Positions 32,198 through 44,444 are shown, counted from the first letter of the stretch. The stretch is 64,000 nucleotides of DNA from an uncultured Rivularia sp. (GCA_963665115.1 OY762007.1:6912001-6976000), one strand, 5' to 3'. Notes: generated by a model from the sequence alone, not told the origin. Translations and numbers: made by a program.

Positions 32198-34336
32198 ATG
32201 GTACTTTTAGAGCGAATTGCAGTCTTACCATACAGTCAACTTATTGAAAACGAACCAATTATTCCCTTCGCTATTTTATTGGTAGTTATTTTAGTCGTAC
32301 CTATTATATTTGAACGACTGCGACTACCCGGATTAATTGGTTTAATTTTATCGGGAATATTAATTGGCCAGTCTGGCTGGAATTTAGTCAAGATAGATAA
32401 TCCGATTTGGGAATTACTCTCAACTATCGGTTTAGCTTATGTATTGTTTGTAGCAGGTTTAGAAGTTGACTTAGAACAGTTGAGTCGTCAGCGAAATCGT
32501 GCTTTAGGTTTTGGCAGTTTTGCCTTCTGCATACCTTTATTATTGGGAACTTTACTTGGAAGAGTTTTTGAATTTGATTGGTTAGGCTCAATATTAATTG
32601 GCTCTTTGCTCTCTTCTTATACTCTTTTGGCTTATCCGATTATTAATCGTCTGGGATTAACCAATCATGAAGCAGTGGGTGTAACGATTGGAGCAAGCAT
32701 TTTTACCGATATTGCTACATTGTTGACGTTGGCTGTATGCGTTGCAATACATTTACAAGAGTTTAATATTTGGCAAACTATTGCATTACTAGGTTGGTTG
32801 GCCGTCTATTGTGTTGTAGTTTTGGTAGGTTTTGACTGGGTTGGCAAAGAATTTCTACGAAGAACCGGAGAAGACGAAGGCAACCAGTTTTTATTTGTAT
32901 TTACAGCAGTATTTTTAGCTGCTCTTATGGCTCAATTAATTGGTATTAAAACAATTGTTGCAGCCTTTTTTGCTGGATTAGCAGTTAATGAAGTTATCGG
33001 AGATGGGCCAGTCAAACAAAAGATTGTGTTTGTGGGTAGCGTGCTATTCATTCCGATTTTCTTTGTCGATCTTGGTTTAAAGTTGAATTTACCAGCCTTT
33101 TTGAAAGACATGGGTTTGGTTTGGTTGACGCTATCTCTCGTTTGTGGTTTAGTTGCGAGTAAGTTTATTGCGGCATTATTAGCTAAGTTAATTTATCGCT
33201 ACAATTGGCGTGAAGTATTAACAATGTGGTCTATAAGCCTACCTCAAGTAGCTGTAACTTCTTGTGTAACTTTTGTCGGGTATCAAGCACAATTATTAAA
33301 TTCAGAAATTTTTAATAGCGTCATAGTTTTGGTTCTAGTAACTTCATTAATTGGGCCAATAATTACCAGCCGGGCTGCTGTCGGCTTACACTCTTCATTA
33401 CTAAAGCAGCAGGACACAACAACATATGTACCTGTTTCCGATCGAATAGATACCCCTTTTAACATCATAGTACCCGTTTATAATCCTTCGACGCAGCAGC
33501 ATTTAATGGAAATGGCTGCATTATTAGCTCCGAGGGCTCGCGGCAAAATTATGCCTTTAGCAATAGCGACTGCAACAGCGAGCATGGATGCGCCCCAATT
33601 AGAAAACTCGCTGCGAAGAAGTGAAAGATTGTTGAACAAAGCTACAGCATTAAGCCGCTTTTTAGATGTAGAAGCAGAACCATTATTACGAATAGATGAT
33701 GCTTTTGCTCAAGGAATCAGTAGAACCGCGAGAGAAAAAAAGGCAAACTTGATCGTTATGGGCTGGGGAAAGCGTACCGGATTGAAAGCGCGTTTATTCG
33801 GTAACGTAATTGATGGCGTGTTATGGGCGAGTCATTGCCCAGTAGCAGTTACCCGTCTTGTTGAATCACCTGCCAAAATTCAGCGTATTCTAGTACCAGT
33901 CGAAAATTTGACAGCACCGATATTACAGCCATTGCAGTTTGCAACTTTGTTAGGGGAATCAAATCAAGCCCAAGTTACCGTACTTAACGTGTGCGATCGC
34001 CGCACGAGTTCGAGCAAAATATCTCATAGGCGATCGCAACTTTCCCTATTAGTATCCAAATTAGGTTTATCCAATCCACCAGAAGTTCAAATCATCGCTC
34101 ACGAAAATGTTGCTCAAGCAATATTGCAAGCAGCCAGACTATACGATTTAGTCGTTTTACCTTTTATTCGCAATCGTACTATTCCTGGGGGATTAGCAAT
34201 TAGTGACGTGACAACTCAGTTAGCTTCTCAATTAACTTGTTCTATTGTGATGCTTGGAGAACCATCGCAGCGTACCAATAATGCCACAGTCAAAGCTGGT
34301 TATCCTAGCAGTCAACCAGTTACCAGCTATCAGTGA
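32198..34336 (+). CDS. CPA2 cation:proton antiporter with C-terminal USP domains
   Basis: LFVAGLE, IFTD, FIPIFFV TM region; LFGNVIDGVLWASHCPVAV USP motif. Confidence 0.9.
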   Translation: MVLLERIAVLPYSQLIENEPIIPFAILLVVILVVPIIFERLRLPGLIGLILSGILIGQSGWNLVKIDNPIWELLSTIGLAYVLFVAGLEVDLEQLSRQRNRALGFGSFAFCIPLLLGTLLGRVFEFDWLGSILIGSLLSSYTLLAYPIINRLGLTNHEAVGVTIGASIFTDIATLLTLAVCVAIHLQEFNIWQTIALLGWLAVYCVVVLVGFDWVGKEFLRRTGEDEGNQFLFVFTAVFLAALMAQLIGIKTIVAAFFAGLAVNEVIGDGPVKQKIVFVGSVLFIPIFFVDLGLKLNLPAFLKDMGLVWLTLSLVCGLVASKFIAALLAKLIYRYNWREVLTMWSISLPQVAVTSCVTFVGYQAQLLNSEIFNSVIVLVLVTSLIGPIITSRAAVGLHSSLLKQQDTTTYVPVSDRIDTPFNIIVPVYNPSTQQHLMEMAALLAPRARGKIMPLAIATATASMDAPQLENSLRRSERLLNKATALSRFLDVEAEPLLRIDDAFAQGISRTAREKKANLIVMGWGKRTGLKARLFGNVIDGVLWASHCPVAVTRLVESPAKIQRILVPVENLTAPILQPLQFATLLGESNQAQVTVLNVCDRRTSSSKISHRRSQLSLLVSKLGLSNPPEVQIIAHENVAQAILQAARLYDLVVLPFIRNRTIPGGLAISDVTTQLASQLTCSIVMLGEPSQRTNNATVKAGYPSSQPVTSYQ

Positions 34337-34746
34337 CCAGTGAACAGTTAATAAGGTTCAAGGTTAAAGGTTAAAAGTCAAAGGTCAAAGGTTGAAATTC
34401 TCTTTGTTCCACACTCTTCATTTTCCAATGCCCAATGCCCAATTCCCAATGCCCAATTCCCAATTTTTTGTAAATGTAATCCCCTACAGTAACTTTAACT
34501 TATTAAATTTTTGATAAACTTTTGGACGATACTTCACAGTCACTACATAATCTTTGTTATTTTTCTTATGGAATTGTCAAGGGGATAAATTTAAATTAAA
34601 GGTAAAGATTGCATCAACCAGGAAAATAGGCGAGTTCAATTTTTTTTTGAATAACCCGTACTTTTACTCTATTTTTCACGTCCAGCTGGGTATCCTAAAA
34701 ACAAGCACAATCGAATAACGTAATTTTTGTAATTAACTGGTCAACT

Positions 34747-35710
34747 ATGAGAATATTGGTGACGGGCGGAGCTGGATTTATTGGTTCCCATCTGATCGAC
34801 AGATTAATGAGTGATGGGCATGAAGTAATTTGTTTAGATAATTTCTATACGGGACATAAGCGGAATATCCTTAAATGGTTGAGCAATCCATACTTTGAAC
34901 TGATTCGCCACGATATCACCGAACCAATTAGGTTGGAAGTAGCACAGATTTATCATTTAGCTTGTCCTGCATCGCCAGTACATTATCAGTACAATCCCGT
35001 AAAAACAGTTAAAACCAATGTAATGGGTACGCTGAATATGTTGGGGTTGGCTAAACGTGTTAAAGCAAGAATTTTACTGGCTTCTACCAGTGAAGTTTAT
35101 GGCGATCCAGAGGTTCATCCCCAACAGGAAGACTATAGAGGTAACGTGAATCCCATCGGACTTCGTTCCTGCTATGACGAAGGTAAGCGGATTGCCGAAA
35201 CCTTGATGTTCGATTATCACAGACAAAATGATGTTGATATTCGCGTTGCTCGTATTTTTAATACCTATGGTCCTCGGATGTTTGAACATGACGGACGGGT
35301 AGTTAGCAATTTTATAGTTCAAGCTTTACAAGGTGTACCTTTAACTGTTTACGGAGATGGTTCACAGACCCGTAGTTTTTGCTACGTTGACAACTTGGTA
35401 GATGGACTGATGCGTTTGATGAATGGAGAGCATATTGGTCCGATTAACTTGGGTAATCCAGATGAATACACCATTCTTCAATTAGCGCAAACCGTGCAAA
35501 ACATGGTTAACCCAGATGTGAAAATCAATTTTGAGCCACTACCTTCCGATGACCCCCCGTCGCCGCCGTCCCGATATCACCAAAGCGAAGACTCTGTTGA
35601 ATTGGGAACCTAGCATTACTCTTCAAGAAGGGTTAAAACAGACTATAGAAGATTTCCGGGAGCGGGTACAAACTACTAGTAAAGCAGTTGTAAATAGCAG
35701 CACTAAGTAA
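34747..35710 (+). CDS. UDP-glucuronate decarboxylase (SDR); +1 frameshift at 35553-35558, probably a sequencing error
   Basis: [32 protein letters not shown]; corrected end [14 protein letters not shown]...LQEGL. Confidence 0.92.
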
Positions 35711-35819
35711 AAAGATACTATTTGCTCAAAATTTTTGACTATAGAAGACTTATAAGCTTCTAGGATATCGACTACTAATAATTTGTTGGACAACTCAAAT
35801 AAGTGAGGAATTAGATAAA

Positions 35820-37205
35820 ATGCGAGTTTGCGTAATTGGTACTGGTTATGTTGGTTTGGTAACTGGCGCTTGCTTGGCTCACGTCGGGCATGATGTAATT
35901 TGTATAGATAATAACGAAGAGAAAGTTAAGTTAATGAAGTCCGGGCAATCGCCAATTTTTGAGCCTGGACTTTCGGAAATCATGCAGAATGCCATTAAAG
36001 AAGGAAAGATTAAGTTTTCCAGCGATTTGGCTGCGGGAGTTTCTCATGGAGAAATCTTATTTATTGCTGTGGGAACTCCACCTTTGCCTACAGGTGAAAG
36101 TGATACCCGTTATGTAGAAGCGGTTGCAAAAGGTATCGGAAGTCATTTGAATGGCGGCTATAAAGTTATCGTTAATAAATCTACAGTACCCATTGGTTCC
36201 GGTGATTGGGTGCGGATGATTGTTCTCGATGGAATTGCCGAGCGTCAAAAAGAATTAGTTCCCGCAGGTGGGGCACCTGATGCTGACAAGTTGCCTACTG
36301 GTGATTTTGATGTAGTTAGTAACCCTGAGTTTTTGCGTGAAGGTTCGGCAATTTACGATACTTTCAATCCCGACCGGATTGTTTTGGGAGGCAACTCTCA
36401 GAAGGCTCTTTCGATGATGAAAGAACTTTATACTCCGATTGTTGAGCGTCAGTATGCTGAAGATAAATCCTTAGCACCAGTACCCGTACTAACAACAGAT
36501 TTGTCTTCTGCTGAAATGGTTAAATATGCCGCTAACGCTTTCTTAGCAACCAAAATTAGCTTTATTAACGAAGTTGCTAACATTTGCGATCGCGTTGGTG
36601 CTGATGTAACTCAAGTTGCTAAAGGTATCGGTTTAGATTCCCGTATCGGCAACAAGTTCTTAAATGCCGGTATTGGTTGGGGTGGAAGTTGTTTCCCCAA
36701 AGATGTATCAGCACTAGTTCACACCGCTGATGACTACGGCTACGAAGCACAGCTACTCAAAGCGACAATTAGCGTTAACGAACGTCAGCGTTTGATTGCA
36801 ATGGAAAAACTCCAGCAAGCCTTGAAAATTCTCAAAGGTAAAACTGTAGGTTTGCTAGGTTTAACCTTCAAGCCAGATACCGATGATATGCGCGATGCTC
36901 CAGCATTGAACTTAATCGAGCAATTGAATCGATTGGGAGCGAAAGTGAAAGCATACGACCCAATTATTTCACAATCTGGTATGCGTCACGGTCTTTCTGG
37001 AGTACAGGTAGAAACCGATGCAGAAAGATTAGCTGATGGCTGCGATGCTTTGGTAGTTGTTACCGAATGGGAACAGTTCAACAATCTCGATTACGCTAAG
37101 ATGGCTAAATTAATGAACCATCCCGTTATCATTGATGGCCGTAACTTCCTCGATCCCGAAACAACCATTAGGGCTGGATTCCAATACATTGGTGTTGGGC
37201 GCTAA
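35820..37205 (+). CDS. ugd: UDP-glucose 6-dehydrogenase
   Basis: GTGYVG, NPEFLREG, GWGGSCFPKD, FKPDTDDMR. Confidence 0.95.
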   Translation: MRVCVIGTGYVGLVTGACLAHVGHDVICIDNNEEKVKLMKSGQSPIFEPGLSEIMQNAIKEGKIKFSSDLAAGVSHGEILFIAVGTPPLPTGESDTRYVEAVAKGIGSHLNGGYKVIVNKSTVPIGSGDWVRMIVLDGIAERQKELVPAGGAPDADKLPTGDFDVVSNPEFLREGSAIYDTFNPDRIVLGGNSQKALSMMKELYTPIVERQYAEDKSLAPVPVLTTDLSSAEMVKYAANAFLATKISFINEVANICDRVGADVTQVAKGIGLDSRIGNKFLNAGIGWGGSCFPKDVSALVHTADDYGYEAQLLKATISVNERQRLIAMEKLQQALKILKGKTVGLLGLTFKPDTDDMRDAPALNLIEQLNRLGAKVKAYDPIISQSGMRHGLSGVQVETDAERLADGCDALVVVTEWEQFNNLDYAKMAKLMNHPVIIDGRNFLDPETTIRAGFQYIGVGR

Positions 37206-37439
37206 ATTCTAATTTTTGATTAATGCGAGGATTGTAGAATTCAAATTTCAGATTAATTCTAAAATTCGATTTGTGCATTAGATTATAGAGACGTAGCACT
37301 GCTACGTCTCTACATTTTTTATTTGTAAACATTGAAGTTAATGTAGTGGAATACAATGTCCGCAAGATAGACGACACTACGTAAAAAATAATAAAAACTC
37401 TTTCCCGATTCCCAACTCCTAACTCCTAACTCCTAATTC

Positions 37440-38723
37440 CTAACTCTTTAATTTCGCAACCGCGTGCCAAATCAATCCTGCGACAATCAGTGCTAAACCC
37501 ACCTGCCAGATAAATGGTTCAACCCAAAAAGCTAGAAAGATACAAGCTGATAAGCCAAGAATTGACAACCATTTAGGATAAAGTCTTTCTTGACGCGGTA
37601 GAGAAAATGCAGCTAAATTAGTCACTGCGTAATAGATCAAAACAGTAAAAGCACTGAAAGACCAAGTAGTTTTGACATTACCAATTAAAACTAAAACAGA
37701 AATTATCGTACTTACCGCAATTACAGCAGGTGTTGGAGTTGTACCCGTAGTATTCAACCTTGCGAAAATCCTTGGCATATCTCGTCTTCTTCCCATCGCT
37801 AACAAGACGCGAGATAAACCTAAAATTAAGTTGAGCAATACTCCCAACATTGCAAAAATTGCGCCAATAGCTAAAATTTGCGCTCCCCCCGGAATGCCGA
37901 AGCTACGCACAGCCACTTCTAAAGGTGCAGCTTGTTCCGTCAAAGCCGATTTACCCAGACTTTCTGCCCCTACCCCCGCAACAGCAATCGTGGCTACTCC
38001 TACATAAATCAGCATAGTCACTATCATCGTCACGATAATGGCTTTAGGAATAGTTTTTCGCGGTTCCTTTGCTTCTTCTCCCAGAGTCGCAATCCTACCG
38101 TAGCCCGTATAAGCAACAAACATTAAAGCGCTCGCATGAAGCACCGTAGAAAACGAACCATTAAAAGGCGTGAGATTTTCCCTTCCTGCCGTTATCGCTG
38201 TCGGAATCCCCCCAAGTACAAAGAAAAGCAAACTAAAAACCGAAATAGATACAATTGCGATATTTACTCGATTAGAACGGCGAATACCATTTAAAACAAC
38301 AGCCGTAATTACAAATACCGCAGCCAAAGCCAAAGGTACCAGCAAACCTTTTTCCGATAAACCCGTTGCATTCAAGAAATAGCCAGCAAAACCCAAAGCC
38401 GCAGTAGCCGCAGAAGCAGACTTTGCCAACAAAAACATCCATCCAGCCGTGAATCCCAACCAAGAATTCAGATATTTATAGCCGTATTCATAAGAGCCAC
38501 CACTTACAGGGTGATTAGCAGCAAGCTGAGCGCTATTAAGTCCATTACAAATAGCAACCAAAGCCCCAATAATTACAGCTAAAATTACTGCACTACCAGC
38601 AATTCCAGCAGCAATACCAATACTGACAAAAACTCCAGTACCGATAATCGAACCAAGCCCCATCACAGTTGCCCCTACAACTCCTAACTCGCGTCGCAGT
38701 TGCGGCGATGATTTGAGTGACAC
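37440..38723 (-). CDS. APC-family amino acid permease
   Basis: LRRELG...GSIIGTGVF, PVSGGSY, AYTGYGRIATLGEE. The longer ORF-track N-terminus is STRR-derived. Confidence 0.9.
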   Translation of the reverse strand: MSLKSSPQLRRELGVVGATVMGLGSIIGTGVFVSIGIAAGIAGSAVILAVIIGALVAICNGLNSAQLAANHPVSGGSYEYGYKYLNSWLGFTAGWMFLLAKSASAATAALGFAGYFLNATGLSEKGLLVPLALAAVFVITAVVLNGIRRSNRVNIAIVSISVFSLLFFVLGGIPTAITAGRENLTPFNGSFSTVLHASALMFVAYTGYGRIATLGEEAKEPRKTIPKAIIVTMIVTMLIYVGVATIAVAGVGAESLGKSALTEQAAPLEVAVRSFGIPGGAQILAIGAIFAMLGVLLNLILGLSRVLLAMGRRRDMPRIFARLNTTGTTPTPAVIAVSTIISVLVLIGNVKTTWSFSAFTVLIYYAVTNLAAFSLPRQERLYPKWLSILGLSACIFLAFWVEPFIWQVGLALIVAGLIWHAVAKLKS

Positions 38724-39096
38724 AACACCTTTCCCCAAAAATACTCGGCTCTGTTGATTGTACAATTTAGGGCTTAGTTTATATAGGCTTTTGATTACTA
38801 ATTGGTAATTGGTAATTGGTAATTGGGCATAGGGCATGGGGCATGGGGCATTGGTAATTGGTAATTGGTAATTGATAATTGGTAATTGGGAATAATAAAT
38901 ATTATCTACCCCTCTACCCCCTCTCCCCCATCTCCCCAACATAATTACCCCCCTGCAATCTTCCAGAAGACTGGTTGACTACAAGGGGGTATTAACTCTG
39001 GTGACATTATATAAAAACTTTCCTAAAAGCTAATTTGAGGAACAATTATCAGATTTGAGTTGATAACTGTTCGCGAATTATTTAACAGGTACTTTA

Positions 39097-39888
39097 CTAA
39101 GTACGTGGTATGCGCTCAATCTCGGCATATCCGCTAAAAATTAACTTTTGACCTTCTGTTTCTAAACGATTAAGCCGCATTTTTACTCCATCTAGGTCAA
39201 AACGGTCTAAATCGACCATATTATCTAAAATTTCCGCTAATGCAGTACATAAAGTTTCTGAAATTTGTCTTTGCGCTTCTGGTACCGACTCCAGGTCGAT
39301 TTGTGGATTTTTGAAGGAAACTTTCCGTCTCCGTTCAATACCTACTTTTACAGTCATATTCAACGGTACTAATTCACCGTTGTTTAAGTCAGCTTTAGCG
39401 AAAATCTTTAACCGATTATCTGGCAGTAATTCCACCTGAACATCGGTAAAAGAAACGGGTTCGCCATCAGACAATTCCGTTAAGGTTGGCTCCGAAAGGT
39501 TTATCAAACGCTTTTTCACTAATTCAGCGGTAAAAGCCTGATTAATACCGTCTTGAGTCAACACAACCTGAGCGATCGCCTGAGTGGGTTGTTTTAATCG
39601 CAATTTGCCGCTTAGTACCGAACTGAAGTCAATAGACACTGCATCGGTTTCAAACGACATCTCCTCAACGAAGAAATCTTTGCGAATTATTAAACTACGC
39701 CCGCCCATTTTAAAGCTGTCAATACTGCCCTGTAAAAGCTTGCTGGAGGGATAACAGCGGACAAAGACTTCTACCGACTCGCTTTTAGTAAACAAGTGGC
39801 GAATAGTTTGACTCGCGACAGTATTGAGCATCTGCTCGCCCCAGTCGCTGCCCTTAGAATCTTTAAAACCAGTAAGTCCGCCAAACAT
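39097..39888 (-). CDS. DUF2993 (LmeA-like) family protein
   Basis: SKLLQGSIDSF...ETDAVSID...LKQPTQA pattern. Confidence 0.7.
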   Translation of the reverse strand: MFGGLTGFKDSKGSDWGEQMLNTVASQTIRHLFTKSESVEVFVRCYPSSKLLQGSIDSFKMGGRSLIIRKDFFVEEMSFETDAVSIDFSSVLSGKLRLKQPTQAIAQVVLTQDGINQAFTAELVKKRLINLSEPTLTELSDGEPVSFTDVQVELLPDNRLKIFAKADLNNGELVPLNMTVKVGIERRRKVSFKNPQIDLESVPEAQRQISETLCTALAEILDNMVDLDRFDLDGVKMRLNRLETEGQKLIFSGYAEIERIPRT

Positions 39889-40752
39889 TTTGAGTACAGG
39901 TTACTAAAAGTTCTTTGTCTTTTTGTAACAAATTGTGAACTTCTCAGCAACCTCCTAGAGATTAAATATGCTGATGATGAAACACAAGAATGTTAATAAC
40001 AGTTAATGAATTAAGGCTGAAAAACCTTGCGGTCACAGGATTAGAGCTTATTTTACTAAAAATAAAAAATAATCCGAAAAATAAAAAATGTTATTGCCAG
40101 CTTACAAACCAATATTTATTAAAAACGAATGTAAGCCCTCCGCTAATATAATTTTTTGTTCTTGAGCAAGAGTTAAAGAGAAAGTCGATAAAAAATTTCC
40201 TTTTAATTCCATGATTGAATACTGAGAATAATTATTTTTAAAGAGATTGTGACTATCACTTCAGATAGATGCCACGTATAAAAAATTTTATTTATACATT
40301 TAAGTCTATCTATTTCAAGAATTGTTGTGTATAAAAAACAAGTGGCTTATTTCAAGAACTTCGGATTTGCCATCAAAATCATTAAATTGTAACTGTTCGG
40401 CAACAGCATAATGCGTTAAAAATTTTGTTTTATTTATCTTATATATCTCCTCTTAATCTGCTTATTAAAGACAGCGTTTCATCGCACTGTACTTACTTAG
40501 TATAGCTTTCATCTGTACCAAGTTAAATCTATTTCTGGTTGACTTTGGTTTATTCAATGTTTTAGTTATTTTTGTGATTTGTCTGGCAATAAGTTTATAA
40601 TTCCTGTTCTGTGTGAAAAGAATTGGAATCTGTTGGTTTATTTTCTACGGGCAATTTACGATTTGAAAAATCTTGGGAAGGCATTAATAAATACCGGAAG
40701 TGGTTATCGATTCCAATTGAAATTATCAAAAAAACCATTCCATTAGTTGCAA

Positions 40753-40826
40753 TGTTGGGTTACGACACGATTAATTTAGTTGCTAATTAGAAATCAAATT
40801 CCTCAATCGTGTCTAACCCAACCTAT
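40753..40826 (-). repeat. Long-loop REP-like palindrome downstream of cinA
   Basis: TGTTGGGTTACGACACGATT...AATCGTGTCTAACCCAACCTA, same family as 1775 and 10933. Confidence 0.75.
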
Positions 40827-40843
40827 CAATTACCAATTACCAA

Positions 40844-42092
40844 TTACCGCTGCAACAACTTTCTCCGCAAACTATCCAAAGCATTACAAGCGCTGAAGTG
40901 ACGAATTAAACTTCTACCGCGCACGGGATTAAACCGAAATTCAAAACTTTCAACCTCATCTTTTCCTGCTAAACCAATGTAAACCAAGCCCACTGGCTTC
41001 GTTTCCGTACCTCCACCAGGCCCCGCAATCCCTGTTATACTCAATCCCCAAGTTGTCGAAAGCCGATTTTTTACGCCCACAGCCATTTGTTCGGCTACAG
41101 TTGCGCTTACCGCACCATATTTATCTAAATCTTGCGGATTTACTCCTAATAACCCTATTTTTACCGCATTATCATAGGAAATTACACCACCCCAAAAGTA
41201 ATCGGAACTTCCCGAAGTATCGGTTAACATTCCCCCCAAAGTTCCCCCGGTACAGGATTCAGCCACCGAAAGCGTTTCCCCAGACTTACGCAACAAGTCA
41301 CCCACTACCGAAGCAAGAGTATCATTATCAGCACCAAAATAATCTAAACCAGCTATTTCTTGAATTTGCTTGGCAACGGGTACAATCAAACTTTCAGCTT
41401 CAGCTTCCGAACTTGCTTTAGCAGAAACTCGTAATTTAACCTGCCCTTTACTCGCATAAGGAGCTACCGTTGGATTGGGTAAATTAAGATAAGCAGATAC
41501 TTTTTCAGCCAAAGCAGATTCTGGAACGTTCCAAAACCGCAACATTCGACTATAAATGATTTGTTTGCCCCAACCTTGACTTTTTAGGTAGGGAACGGCG
41601 GTTTCCTCCCACATCCGATGCATTTCTGAAGGTACGCCGGGAAAGGTAAAAATCGTTAAATTAGGTTGTGGTTGCCAAATTATACCCGGAGCCGTTCCCG
41701 TAGGATTGGGTAAAATTTCCGCTCCTTTAGGGATTAAAGCTTGCTTGCGATTGCTCGCGCTCATGACTCTATTTCTTGTCGCGTATTTTTTAGTAATATC
41801 TTCGATGACTTCAGCACGTTCAATTAAAGGAGAACCAAAAAAATCGGCGATGGTTTCGCAAGTCAAATCATCAGGAGTTGGTCCCCAAACCGCCAGTAAA
41901 AATTAATATTTCTGCTCTTTGACTAGCAATTTCAATAACTTGCTTGATTCTATCGACATTATCGCCAACAACCGTTTGATAAAAATGAGGAATACCCAAT
42001 TGAGCTAACTCTTGCGCTAAATATTGAGCGTTGCTATTAAGAATATCTCCCAGCAACATTTCCGTACCGACACAAATAATTTCTGCACTCAT
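40844..42092 (-). CDS. cinA: Competence/damage-inducible protein CinA (MoCF + PncC); +1 frameshift at 41883-41886, probably a sequencing error
   Basis: [13 protein letters not shown], corrected [27 protein letters not shown]. Confidence 0.92.
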
Positions 42093-42332
42093 AGAATTTG
42101 GGAATTGGGCATTGGGCATTGGGCATTGGGGATGGGTAGAAGGGGTAGAAGGGGAGACAAGGGGACAAGGAGAAATTAGTTCTTAACTCGCTACTTGCTA
42201 CTCACTACTCCTAATTCCTAACTCTTAATTCTTAACTCCTCACTCCCCTCCTCATTATCCCATGCCCAATCCCCAATGCCCCATGCCCAAATCCTAACTG
42301 TTCACCTTTAACCTTTAACCTTTAACCTTATT

Positions 42333-44093
42333 TTAAATTCCGTGCGATTTTCCAATTACCCAATTACGACGAAAGAAACGAGCTAAGGCTGATTCTTCTA
42401 ATGATAAATAAATTGGTCTTCCGTGGGGGCAGGTGCGGGGGTTGCGGGTGCGCTGCCATTCGTCTAATAATTGCTGCATTTGTGGCAGGCTCAAGGTTGT
42501 GCCATTGCGGATGGCGCTGCGACAAGCTACGGCGACTTGGGCTGTATTTAAATCCCCTCCTTTACTAAGTTCTAATATTGCTTCGGCACAGTCTTCGCGC
42601 TGTTGTAAAAGTGCAGGTACTTGACGAATTGCCCAAAGTTGTTCGCCAAAAGGTTCTATTTCTAAATTAATTCTTTGCAGTTGTTCTATTTGTTCGGGGG
42701 ATAGTTGATAAAGAATGATTGGTGGCTCGCACTTTACTAATTTCCAATGTTCGCAAATTTGTTCGTATAAAACTCTTTCATGAGCTATGTGTTGTTCTAT
42801 TAACCACATTCCTCCCGGATGCTCGGCTACTATGTAGGTTTTGTTGATTTGAGCAACTGCTTTTAAAGCAATGGAGTTTGAGAGGGGGTTTTGGATTTCG
42901 TGGGATTTTAATTGAGTTTTATTAGTTTTATTAGTTTGATTAATTTCATTTAGTTCAAATTCTTCAAAGTTCTTTTTTTCAATATCTCTACGGTTGAAGT
43001 TGTAACCACTTTTTGCTTCTGCGGCTTTGATTAATTTAGTTACTCGCGTTACCTGCAAAGATTCCTTAATGCCCGAACTATTAATACTGAATGCTTTATC
43101 AATCGATTGAGAAATTTGTTCTCTTAAATAATCGAGTTCATTTAGATAAATTTGTGTTTTTGCGGGGTTGCGATTCCAGTTAATTTGATTTGGAGAAATA
43201 GATAAATGTAGAAAACATACTGGATAGCGATCGCGCGGTAACGTTTTGTGAAATGCTCCAAGAATGGTTTGTTCAAGTTCCGAGCATTTCACCATACGCC
43301 CGTTGACTGCTACACGTACCCAATCTGGACGATGACGATGGCATCTATCGGGCAATCCTATAACTAATGAAAGTGACGAATCGCGATTATTCAATTCGAC
43401 TTTCAAGTCTTGTAAGTCTGATGGATGCACTCTACGCAGGAACTGAGACAGAGTTTCCTTCATGTTGCCAGTCGGATAAATAGCGAACCATTGGCGTTCA
43501 TTTTGCCAAACCTGCCAGGTAACGTGAGGATGACACAAAGCAGTTTGTTGGATTACTGCTTGCACCGCTTTCATCTGCTGGGCTATCGAAGGTAAACCCT
43601 GACGACGAGCATTGCAGTTACCGAATAAATTAGAAATTACGGCTACCGTACCTGGTGCGATCGCCGCTGCTTCCATAAGCAAAGCTTCTCCTTTGTCACC
43701 GTATACAATCCGCCAACCGCCGCACCCTGTTTTTTCTTGGGTTTGATCTGCACGGCTAATAATTTCTAAATCGGCTAGGGTTGTCAGACTGTGCAGCGCT
43801 TCGCCACGAAAACCTAAACTATTAATTTTCCATAAATCTTTAGAAGCGCGGATTTTACTAGTGCTGTGGGCGCTTGCTGCTTGTTGCAAGTCTTCTAAAC
43901 TCATTCCACAACCGTTATCCGATACCCGTACCTTCCATTGTTGCGGATGCAAAGAAATCACAATTCGTGTCGCACCAGCATCCAAGGAATTTTCTATTAA
44001 TTCCCGTACCACCGAAGCAAAAGAATCAATTACCTCTCCGGCTGTAATCAAATGTACGACTTCTGAAGGTAGAGCTTGGATAGTAGATGCCAT
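42333..44093 (-). CDS. mutL: DNA mismatch repair endonuclease MutL
   Basis: AGEVI...ELIENSLDAGA, GFRGEAL, EQHIAHER, CPHGRP. Confidence 0.96.
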   Translation of the reverse strand: MASTIQALPSEVVHLITAGEVIDSFASVVRELIENSLDAGATRIVISLHPQQWKVRVSDNGCGMSLEDLQQAASAHSTSKIRASKDLWKINSLGFRGEALHSLTTLADLEIISRADQTQEKTGCGGWRIVYGDKGEALLMEAAAIAPGTVAVISNLFGNCNARRQGLPSIAQQMKAVQAVIQQTALCHPHVTWQVWQNERQWFAIYPTGNMKETLSQFLRRVHPSDLQDLKVELNNRDSSLSLVIGLPDRCHRHRPDWVRVAVNGRMVKCSELEQTILGAFHKTLPRDRYPVCFLHLSISPNQINWNRNPAKTQIYLNELDYLREQISQSIDKAFSINSSGIKESLQVTRVTKLIKAAEAKSGYNFNRRDIEKKNFEEFELNEINQTNKTNKTQLKSHEIQNPLSNSIALKAVAQINKTYIVAEHPGGMWLIEQHIAHERVLYEQICEHWKLVKCEPPIILYQLSPEQIEQLQRINLEIEPFGEQLWAIRQVPALLQQREDCAEAILELSKGGDLNTAQVAVACRSAIRNGTTLSLPQMQQLLDEWQRTRNPRTCPHGRPIYLSLEESALARFFRRNWVIGKSHGI

Positions 44094-44444
44094 AGCGTAC
44101 AGTGTTGGCGAGGATACAATTTACTCTACCGCACAACCATGTTTTATTGGAGTTGTTAATAGAAATTCATGCTTTTTAAGATTTTGTAATGATTTTATTT
44201 ATACTTAAATAAAAAAAACATGGTGTTTTTAAATTAACTAATAATTAAGTATTAATCTATTAATCTCGTTAGGATACAGCGCGAATAAAGTAAATTAGAA
44301 AAGAAAACATTACTATTATATTTAGTAATTATACAGATAGTTAATGTATTTTATTTACAATATTTATTCTTAAGGAGATTTATTTGCTTCCCCGCTTGCT
44401 TCTAACTTGAGATAGGATATGTACGTAAATATGTATATCAATGT

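Noticed and set aside
39900..40750. Hidden gene or ncRNA in the long AT-rich gap (also 6028-6636 ORFs and 48640-49550)
   Set aside because: Only short ORFs without recognisable motifs or RBS, and no convincing structure; cannot be supported from sequence alone.
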